A stretch of DNA of 64,000 nucleotides from Azolla caroliniana. Taxonomy: Eukaryota; Plantae; Polypodiophyta. This document shows, in pieces, positions 13,501-26,794 of the stretch (positions within the stretch are counted from its first letter, which is position 1; the number at the start of each line of letters is the position of its first letter). The stretch covers positions 4,216,001 to 4,280,000 of the forward strand of contig JBHGNT010000022.1 in assembly GCA_043228905.1 (NCBI GenBank), written 5' to 3'. Under the pieces are notes generated by a model. That model was given only the letters and a program-made list of their open reading frames with translations. It had not been told where the DNA came from and made no database searches. Both the position numbers and the translations under genes were made by a program.

Positions 13501-15289
13501 TTCCCAATGAGCACTAAAATAATTGAAACTCCCTTCGTAAATAAAATCTTAATCAATGAAAAGCGTAAACTAAGTAACCAAATCGTTTTCAACTGATATT
13601 CCCCTAAATCTTTTTGAAAAGTTGAGTTCTCTTATATATCTTTTTGTATTCAAGTAGTTCTATTCAATAGCTCAAATTGTGTTCTATTGTAATGGAAATG
13701 AATGTTTTAATATGTAAATTAATCATAAGCATTCTTCAAATTTAATACGAGTTTTTTCCAATGATTTATGCAAAGCGTTCAAGAACTTTTCAATGCTACA
13801 CTATTCATTAAGAGAGACTAGGAATTAATTTCTTATATTAATTATATCCCTAAATGTAATGTATTGAAAAGGATATTATGCTAAGCAAGAAAATGGCATA
13901 TTATCCCTTAATAATATCAAAGCGTGCCCCTTTGTACAAATGTTGTATTTTAAAATTTTGCAAAATATGTTCTTTAAGTGATTAATTGAAAGCACTTTTG
14001 TAACTGTCATTTGAGATTTCAATACTCTTTTTGTGATTAAAGAGTACGTAGGTTGAATATTTTGATGACTGTATTTTGTCTCGCCATTGTTAGTCTTTCT
14101 ATTCCAATACTTGCACAATCCACATACAACACCTCAAAATTAAATTTCCGATTTTGATAGAACTTATCTAAACTTCCACACTTGCTTCATGATGCATCAC
14201 TAGATTCCTCTGTAAATGAGGCATTTTTGTAACGCCAATGTATCATAACATGGGACAAATGTGGAGGCTCACACTTCACACATTATACTACACACACACA
14301 CCTAACTACAAAACCATATTCTTCGCGGAACGTGAAAACCGTACACATTGATACATGTTAGAGCCCATCCCATTGTCTGTCATTTGAACCATTGCTTCCA
14401 TGAGACTTAGCTCACATGCATTGTGATGTGAGGCGGGGCGTTGGGGCACAAGTGACGAGGTTGGTCAACTATGCACTCTTTTCCCTAAATAAGTTCGAAA
14501 GTTTGAGTAACACACTTCAATACAACGATCATATTGGACCACACTCTCCACACATCTTCGACCAAGACCAATCCTTGCACGAATTTCTCTCACAACCACA
14601 ATGTGCACTCTCAATTGCAACATCCATTGGTAAAGTTCTTGGACATCGAGAGTTACTACTCACTTTCACATGTATCAAGTGAAATGTAATATATTTGGTC
14701 TCATATGTCATATTTGACCTCCGAAGACAATATGAGAATTTATCTATATATCTATATATCTATCTCCCCACATGAAGAATATATCGTTGTATACTACAAT
14801 GCCCACTTTATCTTAATAGTTAATACCCCTATAGCGTTCATAAGTCACTCTCCTTACATATGCACACTAATTACACTACATTCAATACTTGGGATTAAGT
14901 AGAAGAATAAGTAGAACAAGATAAAGAACATGTACAATCATTGTATATACACAGTATATAGTTGATTAATTACAAGCCATTTGTTACACTTTATTGTTTT
15001 TGGTAGGTCCCGATATTTATGTTTATTCTTAGAGGTAGAGTTGTGGCTTAAGTAACCAATTGAAAGCATTTGTCTTACACATGATGTAACCTTTCTATTT
15101 ATCTTAGTGTATTTCCTAATACTTAATTAAATACATTATGGCCTTCTAATTATGGTCACATAGGCTGTATGGCAATGACAAGTTGAAATCATTATTCTCC
15201 AGTAGGTTGGAATAGGGTGAATTGTTGGTGGGGAACACAATAGTCACTATGGTGATGTAAAGAATAGTCACGAATACTTAAGTTTCCTT

Positions 15290-15293
<4 letters not shown>

Positions 15294-15331
<38 letters not shown>
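15294..15331. repeat. (GA)n microsatellite
   Basis: ~19 GA units. Confidence 0.95.
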
Positions 15332-15333
<2 letters not shown>

Positions 15334-15339
15334 AACCGA

Positions 15340-15516
15340 TGAAGACCGTCATACCGCTTGCCAACACTTAGCCTCCAACAGCTACACCTATCGTAGCTCA
15401 ACCAGCCGCCACTCAGCCCATCGCTGCCCAGCCTGTTGCCAAAGCTCAGCCTGCTATCATCGATGGTGCTCAATTACTGCCACAATATGTTTAGGGGTTG
15501 TTGCATTTGCCATAGT
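15340..15516 (+). pseudogene. Pro/Ala/Gln-rich start of the LINE ORF1 remnant split by element A
   Basis: Joins 52560 across TSD ATAGT; continuation contains an L1 ORF1-like domain. Confidence 0.45.
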
Positions 15517-15972
15517 TGTTACGGGCATGACCATATAATATCCCGTGGTGAGAATTTACCGTAGTATTCTATACACGTGGATAAGTGTGAGGGTTAAACA
15601 AGAGTGTAAAGAAGGGGAGGATTACTTTTAATCCTCGAGATTGGGACAACCCATTAGGTCAAGTGTGAACTTGCCTGGGGGCCTTGGGTATCGCTATAAA
15701 TAAGAGGCCTAGCTACCCTCATTTCAGGATCTTGTTGACTACGTTGAGACTCTGTCTTGTGGTGGGTCAACTCTTGTAGCGAGCGCGCCAGCACTAGGTA
15801 CGACTCGACACCACGATGGTGGTATGGGACGCCGATCGAGGCTCGAGCCCGTCTCGATCCCTTCGCTCGGGGGTGGTCAGGTGGATCGGCTCCCTTCTTT
15901 CTCTCTCTCCTTTCTTTCTATCTACCTAGATTTATCCTTATCTAATGCTTACTTTAGTACATGTCTCTAATA
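15517..15972 (+). repeat. Element A 5' LTR
   Basis: TGTTA...TAATA; TATA box CTATAAATA; ~22 mismatches to 52099-52554 by eye (~95%). Confidence 0.95.
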
Positions 15973-15974
15973 TT

Positions 15975-15987
15975 TGGTATCCGAGCC
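15975..15987 (+). promoter_or_regulatory. Element A PBS (tRNA-iMet type)
   Basis: TGGTATCCGAGCC, one mismatch from the canonical TGGTATCAGAGCC. Confidence 0.85.
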
Positions 15988-16214
15988 TATGTACTAATGT
16001 TTCTTTTGTTGGTCTTATCTTCTCGATGGATGGTGATCGATCGTTGTGCGGTTGGCCTTCATGCAGACAAGGATCAACAAGGAACTTCGGTAATCTTTCG
16101 TGTTATTTTTTGTCTATTTTTTCTTCTCCCATCTAATCATGTGTATGGTTAATATGTAGATTATTTTCATTAATTAACTGATGTTGTAGTGGTATTTAAT
16201 TGGTTATCTAAAAC

Positions 16215-16480
16215 GCTTACATATGTGCACGAGGTCAATACCTCGTTTGACATATAAATAATATGTGATGAGTGTCGTATGCGTATGAGGTTAATACCTC
16301 AATTACGTATTACGTTCACGAACATATGTTACGTTTGCGTATGGGGTGAACACCTCGATTTTGTTGTAAATGATATGCGTTTGGTCTCGTATGCGTAAGA
16401 GGTCAATACCTCATTTGCGTATTACGTTGAACCCTTATTTTTGGATGTCTCGTGTGCGTAGAGGTATATGCCTCGATTAA
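16215..16480 (+). repeat. Five degenerate ~56-bp units, each with a GAGGT-N4-ACCTC hairpin core, in the element A leader
   Basis: Cores at 16231, 16287, 16343, 16399 and 16461. Confidence 0.75.
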
Positions 16481-17282
16481 GTATCTCGATTATGTCATTT
16501 TTGGCTATTAATATAACGATGTCTTTAATATAGGCATATGTGGTCACATGTATACGTAGTTGATCGTATATATGTGATAATATACATATGTATATATAAG
16601 TTATTATGTGATTATAAACCAAATGTTTTCCTTTTTGGGGAAAGGTTCTTGGTGGCCGTCCTCACATTTTTGTGAGAATCGTGTTGTCACCATCCCTTTT
16701 TTTCAACAATTTTTTATTGTTGAAATCCCCGTTGGTGACTTCGATATTTCGTTACATAAAGAAACGCCAATAGCCATAATGATGTTGAGTACGTAGGGTT
16801 TGACCCACTTCATGTGAGGTCGCTCTTATGACACACCTATCCAACATCCCTCCCTCATTACATGGATACGATGCCACCATGAGATCATTCTTACGAGAGG
16901 CATTCGTAATGACGTGACCATGTAATGGGCCACGTGGGCCTACTATGGAAAGAGGGCTCATTTGGCTTGACCATTAGGTTGCACTTTGGCGTATGCCATC
17001 GTAATTACGAGACTTGAGGTTAGGTAATGTACCAACATAGTTGTAGTAAATGAGGGCGAAATAAGGACTCTTGACATATATGTTTCTTTTAAAAAAACAT
17101 ATATGGGCAAATGCCTCGCATATCTCTTATATGCATGAAACATTAAACATTCAAGATGAGCAACTTACTTGGTTGGCTCAAATGTTTAATGCATTTGTTC
17201 TCGAGGTCTCGAGTTCAAATATGACCAAAACCATACAACATCGTTGATACATATGATTATAACACATGTTTAGACTTGAGGT

Positions 17283-17719
17283 TGTTAACTCTTAGGGCCG
17301 GACAATGGCCTAACACAGGGTGTCTACGGAAGACACTTCACCAAAGGGGTGTTACGGCAAGAGGATTAGGCTCAACGATTAATCCGACTTAATTAGGTTA
17401 CTTAGCAAGATCGTCCTTAATGATCACACGTGTAAGATATAACAATGAATGTAGAACGACAATTAACATAGAGAGATAAAAAAACACTAAGCTTCATTAA
17501 TTAACCGCTGCTCATTACATTGTATCTGGGCCTTTAAATAGGTTTCCGGTTTGTAGTACAAAACGGTGCCATCCGCACCTATTCGGGATCGGTCCGGATC
17601 CGGAACGGCATACCGATTCCGGTCCGTCCGTCCACACTAATAGCTTACTTACAACCATTCCTTAATAATTAAATAACTCCTCCGTTTCACACTCTGGACT
17701 ACTTTGTCGGCCGGTAACA
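17283..17719 (-). repeat. Element B 3' LTR (437 bp)
   Basis: TGTTA...TAACA; ~97% identical to 26795-27176. Confidence 0.95.
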
Positions 17720-17721
17720 CA

Positions 17722-17765
17722 TGGTACGCCCGTGGGACAGTACCTTGTACGTCGAATCCACCATC
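17722..17765 (+). promoter_or_regulatory. Inverted second PBS (tRNA-Arg(UCU)-like) at the PPT position of element B
   Basis: TGGTACGCCCGTGGGAC-AGTACCTTGTACG-TCGAATCCACCATC starts 2 nt from the LTR; no purine tract. Confidence 0.7.
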
Positions 17766-17774
17766 CGACCCTTG

Positions 17775-20700
17775 CTATTCTTCGTCCAAAATATCCAGAA
17801 TGCTTTGTTCGAGAGTCTCCAATGGTTCATCTGGAATTGGTTGTTGTTGTTGTTGTGGTTGTTGTTGCTGCTGTTGCTGCTCCTTTGGTGGCTGTTGCGA
17901 CTGGTCCTTTGGTGGTTGCTGCAGCAGCTCCTCCGTTTGTTGCTCTGACACCTGCGTTTCCGTCATTGCTTCCTCCGTCGTAGTGGTCTCCGGTTGACTG
18001 GTTCCGGCCTGGCCCTCGGCCGGCGACGGTTCCTCATCACTAAGGTTAATCGTTGCCGCTTCCTGTGCTTTTTCTTCCCGAACCCGGGACCGCTCGTAGC
18101 TCTCAAACTGGATTTGAGCGTCCAGCCTATCATCGTCTAGCTGAGCTACCAGTTGCCGGACCTGCACCAACTGTTCATCCGCCAGGACTTGGAAGTCTTC
18201 AGCCAGCTCGTCCCGTATGGCGGTGAAGTCCTCGGAAGTCAACGTGTAACAATCATCTCCTTCCTTCCGCCGGTTTTCCACGTCTGCCCGTAGCAATTGG
18301 AGTTCCGCCGTATTTTGTGCCCACTTTGTCCACCATCTTATGGAGCTTTCTTCAATCAAGCGTTTTGTCTGATTCAGCCATGCCCGAAGGATGCACTGAA
18401 TCCGGCACGTTCCCATCTGCGATTTGATCTCCGCAGCTTGCCGTTCCTCCTTCAATTGCTTGATGATTTTGACGTTGTCTTCCGCTTGCTCCTTGTAATG
18501 CATCAATTGCCTTTGATATGTGCTTTGTAATTTTTGCAATACCGTGGTTGCTCTCTCCCTTTCTTCCTATTGCTTACTCTGGAGCTCCATCCGGACCTTC
18601 TCCGCCTCGTCCAACCGTCTTGTATTTTCCGCTCGTTCGTCGGCGAGCGCCGTCGCAGCCTGATCAACTTCCTTCCGGAGCTCGGCCATTCGTTCCTTAT
18701 GCTCCGTTTCCAGCCGTTTGTAGTCCCGATGCAGGTGCTCAAAATAATTTGTCTTTTGCTTGAGCCTTACGTTGATTTGTCGACGGGCTTGGTCCTCGCA
18801 GTCCTTCTGTTGGCGGAGCTCCTCCTTTAGCCGTTCAATTTCCATTTCCGCCGTCTTCCGCAACCTGTTCTTTTCTTGCAGCACTTTGTCTTTTTCCTCC
18901 CTTAGCCGGTCGTAAGCTTGATGGCCTTTCCGGAGGATCTCCTCTGTCCGGCGGAGGTTCTCAACAGTCTTCTTTAATTCTGCTTCGGCCGCTGTCTTCA
19001 ATTCCCATTCACGGCTCCTTAGCGCTTCTTGTGCGGCAAGTTCATCTCTCAATTCCGCAAGCTCCTGGGCTTGCACCGCATCTCTCTCTGGAACGGTTTC
19101 CGTTACCGGGGTCTTATTAGTATGTACAGGTTGATCTGTTTCTTTATTCTGTACACTTACCAGAGTCACCGGTGTTTGGATCTGTGTTGCCGTTAAGGCC
19201 ATTTTGGCCATTTCTGCCGTGACCTGATTCAAGTCTTTTTCAAGGCACTTTTCTTTATTCTGGACCGGGCCGTCTCTAGTTGTTCGGTTGTGACGAGCAA
19301 CCGTTCGCTTTGTGCTCTTTCTTCCGCCTCAATATACCCCACTACTCCGGCAATCCGTTCGCCTATCCACCGGTGCCACAGGCTACCGGTGCATTGTTGT
19401 TGCGCTTGCACGGAGGTTTGACGGATGGGATTGCTTGTGGGTGGGTGGTCCCGCCTGATTGCGCCGAGTTGCAATTCTGTTTCTGCCCGTGGACCACCCT
19501 GTTGTCCTGGTTCCCCTTGTGCTTCTTCTTGGTTGGCCGAGGGAGGCTGCATTGACCTTTCCGGCTTTGGCGGAATAGGACTTGCCAGTGGTGCCGGTGG
19601 TGCAAGGGCTTCTGATTCCGGTGCCATGCGCACCGGTTCCGGTTCCTCCCTTGGCGCGGGAGTCTCAGTATGGGGAGCCGATGTTCCCTCCGTCTGAGGG
19701 TTCGAACGTTTCCCGGCTGCCTCAACGGTCCTTGCCGATGACCGTCGCTGGAGGTGCTCCGTAGGCTCCTCCTCTATTTCCTCCTCCTGAGCCCTAGCAT
19801 TGAGTTTCGCCGCCAAGGGGTCCACTTCTCTATTCACCGGTCGGCAGAGTGTAATCTTTACGGGCCGTACCGGTGGTTCATCCTGCACATCTGTTGGCCG
19901 CTTCCGGCTGGTGCTCTCCTTTCCCGCCTGTTCTGCGTCCGCCGCCTCCCCTTAGTGGCCTTAGAGGCCAACAACTGTTGTCTTTTGGAAGCAGTCTTTG
20001 GGGTGCCGTCCGCCACTCTTCCCCGCTTCTTGGGCTGGACGGGCTAGACGGGTGGCACAAGCAAGGTGAGCCACTGCGTTACTGCGTGCCATATCTTCCG
20101 TCCGTCTCGGCCTTCTTTGCCGTCTTTTCCTCTGACGATCTCGATCGCCGCACACAAACCGTCTGCGATCAATACTGGCCAATCCACCTTGATCCCTTCA
20201 TAGGTGGCGATGATCATCCCTGCCTGGTTCTGCAGCATGACAGGGGGTCTAGGGTACACATGGCCGTATTCGTGGAGCACACGGGCAATCTCGAGGAACA
20301 ACATATCTCCGCCGCCCTATGTCTGGTACCTCTTGATGGCTAGGGAGTACTCACCAAAATACTGGATGAGTTGCTCCGAGGTCGCATTGTCGATCGTGAA
20401 TATGCCTCCCTCCGGAAGGCATGTTAACGCACAGATCGCCTCCGCCGTTATGACCTCTGTGTCGATTTCTTTGATTACCTTGTCGGCTTCTTTGTGTGGC
20501 GGTACCTCCATAATCGTCAAGAAGCCCTCGAGCCCGTGTTGCTTTAGCCATTTCTTGGCGGCTTCCGACAACATTTGCGGGTCCATGTCTGTGTCGAGGT
20601 CGGATTGTGGTGGCGAGGTTGGATGGTGATGAGAGTGAGAGTGAGAGAGAGAGAGTTCAGAAAGCGAGGGTTCTCTGTGCGTAGGTTCTCGTCTGATGAT

Positions 20701-20881
20701 CTTCCAACGCCTTGGTGCTTCTGTGCTCCTGGGTTCGCGAAAGTAGAGGGTCTCCATGCGCAATGGTTTTTCTCTGTGCATTCTGGCACCTTTTTCGAGC
20801 GTGTACTAAAATAGCATTATGTCCTGTGGTGGCGCTTAAATGCCCACTACGTACCTTTTCGCTCCTCGCTCTCTCGTCCAT
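17775..20881 (-). pseudogene. Element B 3' accessory ORF (globular N-domain, low-complexity linker, long coiled coil), frameshifted
   Basis: ORF pieces 20317..20781, 20044..20304, 19229..19888, 18567..19232 and 17775..18539 are colinear with the accessory ORF of C. Confidence 0.85.
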
Positions 20882-20969
20882 TCATGCCTCGCTTTTGCAT
20901 GATTACTTCGCTTTTATTATTATTTTATTATTATTATTATTATTTTTAAAATTTTAATGTGGTGTGAGG

Positions 20970-23900
20970 TTAGTTGTCCATTGGTCCTATCGAACCCTTA
21001 CCGGCCTCATTACGGTTTGCCGTTGCCTCATTCTCCCCTGTTACCAGCTTGCCGTTCCCCTCACAGGTTGTTGTTTCCTCACCGGTGTCGGTCCTTTGCT
21101 CAAATGGGTTCTTGGGCATCGGTCCTCTATATGGCTTCAATCTGAATCCGTTGACCCATTTGCCTAGCACTTCGCTGGCAAGTGTCCCTAACTGGTAGGA
21201 TCCATTACACTCACGTGTCAGCCAATACAGGCCGGTCCATCTAAACCGTAGTTTACCCGGCATCTTGCCCATCCGGGTCTGAAATACTAACACCGGCTTG
21301 CCGATTTCGAATAGTTTTTCATTTCCTTTCCGGTGCCGGTGGGACAAATGCTTTCCGTCGCCGTTGTTCCAATTCTAAGTGCAGGATGCTTGCCAGTCGT
21401 TGTTCCTCGAGTTCACACAACGCTATTAACCGTATTGCCTCCGACTCCTTCTCGTTCAGCCGCTCCCGTAGCTGGATCCGTAAGCTTGGTACTTGGAATT
21501 CCACCGGCATGACCGCCTCTAGTCCGAACGCTAACCGGAACGGTGTTGTTCGGATGCTCGTTTTGTATGCTGTCCGGTATGCCCAAAGCGCGCTATGTAG
21601 CTTGGTATCCCAATCCGTACGGTTTTCGTTGACGATCTTCTCGAGTATATTCTGGAGCGTTTTGTTCGTCGACTCAGCTAACCCGTTTGCTTGCGGATAG
21701 TACGGTGTGCTCCGTTTATGGACAACGGCATAGAATGTTGTCAGGCTTTCAACTACTTGTCCGAGAAAGTGCCCCCCTTGGTCGATTGGGCATCCGTAAC
21801 GGCACCAGATGTATTCGTATAGAAATTTTGCCGTTGACGCAATAGTGTTGTCTCTTAAGGCTTTGGCCTCCACCCATTTCGTGCAGTAATCCGTCGCGAC
21901 GATGACGTACCGATTGCCTGTTCTCATTGCCGGTGGTTTGAATGGTCCAACGAAGTCCAGCCCCCACTTCTGGAATGGTTCGAGTGGTAGTACAGGCTGG
22001 TGTGGCATCCGAGCTAGCTCCGTTGGCTGGCCCATTCGCTGGCATAGGTCACATTCTTTTGCGTACTGTACAACATTTCTTAATGTAGTTGGCCACCATA
22101 GGCCACTTTGCCATATTTTCCTGGCCGTCACATCTCCGGCATAGTGACCTCCGGCAACTCCGCAGTGGGCTTCCCTTAGTATGCCGTCCTTTTCATCGCT
22201 GTGCACAACCCTTCTCCATATGCCGTCCGCGCCCTTGTGGTACAGTGTGTCTCGCAGTAAGCAGAAATGTCGGCTTTGCACCGCCAGGTGTTTCCTTTCG
22301 TCCCGGTTCATCTCCTCCGGAGGTAGTCCTGTGCTCAGAAACTGGTGCATATTTGTGAGCCACTTGTCTTCCTGAGCCACCGTCTCATCTGCTGCCATTT
22401 CCGTAGTGACTCGAAACAGCTCCGCATCCGGAAACTCGTCCGCTACTCCGTCGCCCGTCTCTCCGGACTCTAATCAGCTTAAATAATCCGCTACGACATG
22501 CTGTAAACCGGGTCGGTGGAATATTTCGAACTCGAATTCCTGTAACAGTAAGGTCCACCGGGCCAACTTACCGGTGAGTGATGCCTTGGACGCCAGGTAG
22601 AGGAGTGCCGAATGATCTACATGGAAGGAAAACTTCCTTCCCAATAAATAATGCCGAAACTTTGTCACACTGTAGATCATCCCTAGGGCTTCCCGTTCCG
22701 TGGTAGAGTAGTTCCGTTCCGCTTGGGATAGGTTTCGACTGGCATAGTATACTGGCCGGTACCACTTTGGCTCCATAAGCTGCATCAGTGCGCTTCCGAT
22801 TGCGATGTCGGAGGCGTCCACGAACACATGAAATTCTTTACTCCAATCCGGAGGCTACACTACTGGTGCTTGCGACAATAGTACCTTGAGGGCCGTATAC
22901 GCCCTATCCTCGGTGTCCGTCCACTGGAATGGTGTTCGATGTACCGCGGCATGCAACGGTGTAGCCAGGTAGGCCAAGTATCGGAGCATCCGGTTGTGCC
23001 ACCGGATCAGGCCTAAGAACCGGCTCAATGCCTTTGCCGTTGCCGACGCTGATGCTTCTAATATGGCTTTCACTTTGTCCGGGTCGACTACAATGCCTTC
23101 CTGGCTCACAATATGTCCTAGTAGGGTCCCACTGGACACGCCAAATACACACTTCGCCGGATTCAAGCTTAACCGGTACGCTCTACACTTTTCTAGATAA
23201 AGACGGAGGTGCTGAAAATGGTCCTCTTCCCGGCTATAGACGGCGAAATTGTCAAGGAAAACCTGCATAAAAGCCGGGATATATTCACCAAAGATTTCCA
23301 TGAGGATTCGTTGAAATGTTTCCGGTGCCGTTTTGAGTCCGAACATCATCACCACGGCCACAAACACCCCCCATTCGGTGACGAAAGCCGTTTTCTCTTG
23401 GTCGTCGGGGTGCATCCGGATCTAATTGTACCCGCTGAATCTGTCTAGAAGGCTATAGACCTCATGGCCGGCGACGGCATCCAACACTCCATCTGTGAAC
23501 GGAAGTGGAAACGCATCCATTACCGTAGCTGCATTGAGTTTCCGGTAGTCTACACAAACTCGTATTTTTCCGTTCTTCTTCGGTACGACTACGATCAGGC
23601 TCAGCCATGTCGCTTTCTTTACCGGACGGATAAAGCCAACTCTTAGCAGTTTGTCAATTTCCTCCTTGACTTTGGCGGCATAATTGGGATTCATCCGGTA
23701 CTGTCTTTGTGCCATTGGTTTTGCGTCCTTGCTCAAGTGAATCTGATGCTGGTATAACAGAGGGTCGAGCCCTTGCATGTCTTCGTATGACCAGACAAAC
23801 ACGTCGCGAAATTCCGTGAGAAGTGTGATCATCGCCGTTTTGTCTTTGGACTTCATCTCCTTGGCAATGTGCACCGGTTTTGCTTCGTTCGTGGTCCCTA

Positions 23901-26741
23901 GGTTCACCTCTTCAAGTTGCAATGCTTTTACGCGCTGTGAAACTGCCATTTCCTGTTCCAACGCTTCCTGCGCTTGCCGTAACTCTCAGATTGCGTCCTT
24001 ATCCGGTTCTGCTTCAGTCTCTTCCGGCTGCGGTAAGTATGGTGCTACTGCTTCAGCAATGTCAATTTCGAAGAGGGGTACGATCTTCGGGTTTTCCTGC
24101 AAGTACTGAGCTTCTTCTTCGTCAGCTAACCCTTCTAGCATGTTGACGCACTCTGCATACAACGGTGTACATTCCTTGCCAGTGCTCGTCCTTGGCTGTG
24201 TTGGTACACGTACCTTGGCTTCTCCTCGCCGAAAGGTAATTATATTTTTCCTCCAATTCTATTTGATATGTGCCGTTTTCAACCACGGCCGCCCCAACAA
24301 TAGTGGGTACGTGCCTTGTGCCTGTAATTGTAGCACTACTGCCGAGATGTGAAATGTATGACCGCCAACGGTGACTTCTAATTTTCGTATTAATCCTGTC
24401 GGCCGCACTGAGCTTGTATCGGCCATCCGTAACCAGAACGGACACAGCTCCCACTCGTGGATTCCGAGGGCATCACACGTCCGGAGGCTTATTGCATTCA
24501 CCCCGGAGCCTCTGTCTATTACTGTGCCGGGGAGTTCCTTCCCTTTTACAATGGTAGTAATTACCGGACTGTTGGTCTCCACCACCGTTGGTCCCTCCTC
24601 CGGATTCGAGAAGAGTACCGGTGCCGGTGATGATTCTCCTTCCGTCATGGCTGTCTTCAGTCCTTCCGTGAATCTCGGCACGAGCTGTAGGAGTTTTCCT
24701 AGTGGCAGCGTAATCTGGCATTCTTGCAACGCCTGCCATGTCTCGTTCTCGGAGTGACTACCGCCGGCAAGCCCTATGGTGTTCTCCTTTTGCAGCTCTA
24801 AGTCTGTTACGTTTTGCTCGTTTGCTTTCTTCACCCATTCCGTCGCTTGCTTCCGAATGGTCTCCTGCGTCTCCCATTCCTTGGCCATGCCCTTCGACCT
24901 TGTGGTCACCTGCTGCAGATCTGCCACTTCAGGGACTACCATATTTACTGCCGGTCGTTTGTCATAGCTCTTCGCCGGGCATTGATTACTATAATGGCCT
25001 TCCTGTCAGCAGTAGTAGCAGTAGGCTTTCCGGGTATTGCTGGATTCGGCATTGTTTGTTGTACCCGGGGCAGGTCCTGTGGTAAGCGCGGGGTTTTGGG
25101 CCGGTTGGCTGCTTGAAACTCCTTGTTTCGGATCCCGTGGGTGGCCGCCTTTTTTGAAATGCCGTTTTTTGTTATAGTTCTTCTTATTGCGGTACTCATG
25201 ACGAGGTTGGTCGTTATATCTGCCGTATTCCTCCCGTTGCTGACGATACCCGGGGAGTGCTCCCGGTCGTACTGTTCGTATCGTCTATTGTAATCCCGGT
25301 ACCAATCATATCTATCATCCCGGTCGTAGTTATCCCGCCGATCACCGTACCGGACATCATTCTCCCATCGATCGCCATACCGGACATCCTGTGCCGGTTG
25401 GTATCGGTCAATTCGCCGCCAACGTTCCTCTTCTTCATCTCGACTGCTGTGTGGCTCTATTTGTCGGACGGGCGGTGCTTGCCGGTTCAATAGATTATAC
25501 TCGCACCTATCCGTCGTATGGCCCTTGGATTGACAGATTACACATTGCGTCCTCATAGTGCATTCTAGTGCCGAGTGTCCGGAATTCAAGCAGTTTGTGC
25601 ACTGTATTGCTTGCCGAAAGCGGAGGTCTTCATCGGACGGTAACGCCCGTTGGAGTGCTCCCAGTGTGAGCCAGGAGCTTGTCTTTTCCATCTCTCTCAC
25701 CCGGTCAATGACCTGGTCAATGGTACTTGCGCGGAAGTCAATTACCGTGCAAACCGTGCGTAGGGGTTCCCGGAGCGCATTTAGGAATATAGTCCGTAAT
25801 TCCTCCTCCGGGGGTGCGCGGGCAAGCTGACTATGCATCCGTTGAAACCGGATGACAAACTGGGGAATGCTCTCCCCTGCCTCCTGTCGGATGGTATAAA
25901 ATAAGCCCACCATTACTGTCTGCTCCACCTCTTTTTGGAAAAAATGCAAGAATTTAGCTTTTAAATCTGCGAAGGTGGTGATGGTAGATAGGTCCTGCGT
26001 CCGACACCATCTTGCTGCCGGTCCCTCCAATGTGACGCCAAATTCTGCTATCTTAGAGCGTTCCTCTTCCTCCGGGGTCAATCGCTGGGACACATGGTTT
26101 GCTTCCCATGTCTGTTCAAAGGCGTGAACATGAGCTTCCGCGTCCGGATCATCTCTATACTTGGAGTATTGGAACGGCATGTCGTCGTCCGGTATCGGTG
26201 CGCGGGCTGGTGGTGTTCGTGGTCGTTCTTGGTTTTTCTCCGGCGTCGGTGGTCTTTCCTCTTCTTTTGGTGACGGAGGCCTCTCCTCCTCGACTTCCGG
26301 TGTCGGAGGTCGCTCTTCCTTTGCTTCTGGTTCCGGAGGTTCCAGCCTTAGCACTTCCGGTTCCGGTGTCGGTAAGGTGTCCGATCCTTCGTCCTCCAGT
26401 CCGCCCGGGGTTTCGTTGCTGCTACGGTAGTTCGTGTGCACGCTGTATTCCCCTTCGGAATCCGATTCATACGCTGAAAAGGCTTCTGCTTCGCCTTCTC
26501 CGCTTGCCAACGCTTGGAGAAGGGATTCGGTTTCCCGGAGGCTGCTTAGGCTGCTGCCGTCGTCCGGGTGCGATGTTTGCTGTAACCAGAGGGACTCCTC
26601 CGTTACTCTCTGGATTACGTTGGAAAACGAGCGATCCGCTCTAATTTCCTACGCCGCTTGCTGGAAAGCCTCACGTCTCCTTTGCCTTTCGGCAAGGCGT
26701 TGAGTGCGATCTGTAAACAGGTCGTGCGTTGATCTAGTCAT
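20970..26741 (-). pseudogene. gag-pol: Element B gag-pol, several stops and frameshifts
   Basis: Gag CCHC knuckles, protease VIDRGSG, RT FLDNF, RNase H VDASD...ERE, integrase HHCC and WGLDFVGP. Confidence 0.95.
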
Positions 26742-26776
26742 CCATTCGTGCCGTCGTTCGCTGCAAAAACAGGAAT

Positions 26777-26787
26777 CGTGGTCGCCA
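26777..26787 (-). promoter_or_regulatory. Element B minus-strand PBS (tRNA-Arg(UCG)-like)
   Basis: TGGCGACCACG, 7 nt after the 5' LTR. Confidence 0.75.
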
Positions 26788-26794
26788 AAAACTG

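Noticed and set aside
17775-20881. Retroviral env gene
   Set aside because: No signal peptide or transmembrane segment; mostly coiled coil
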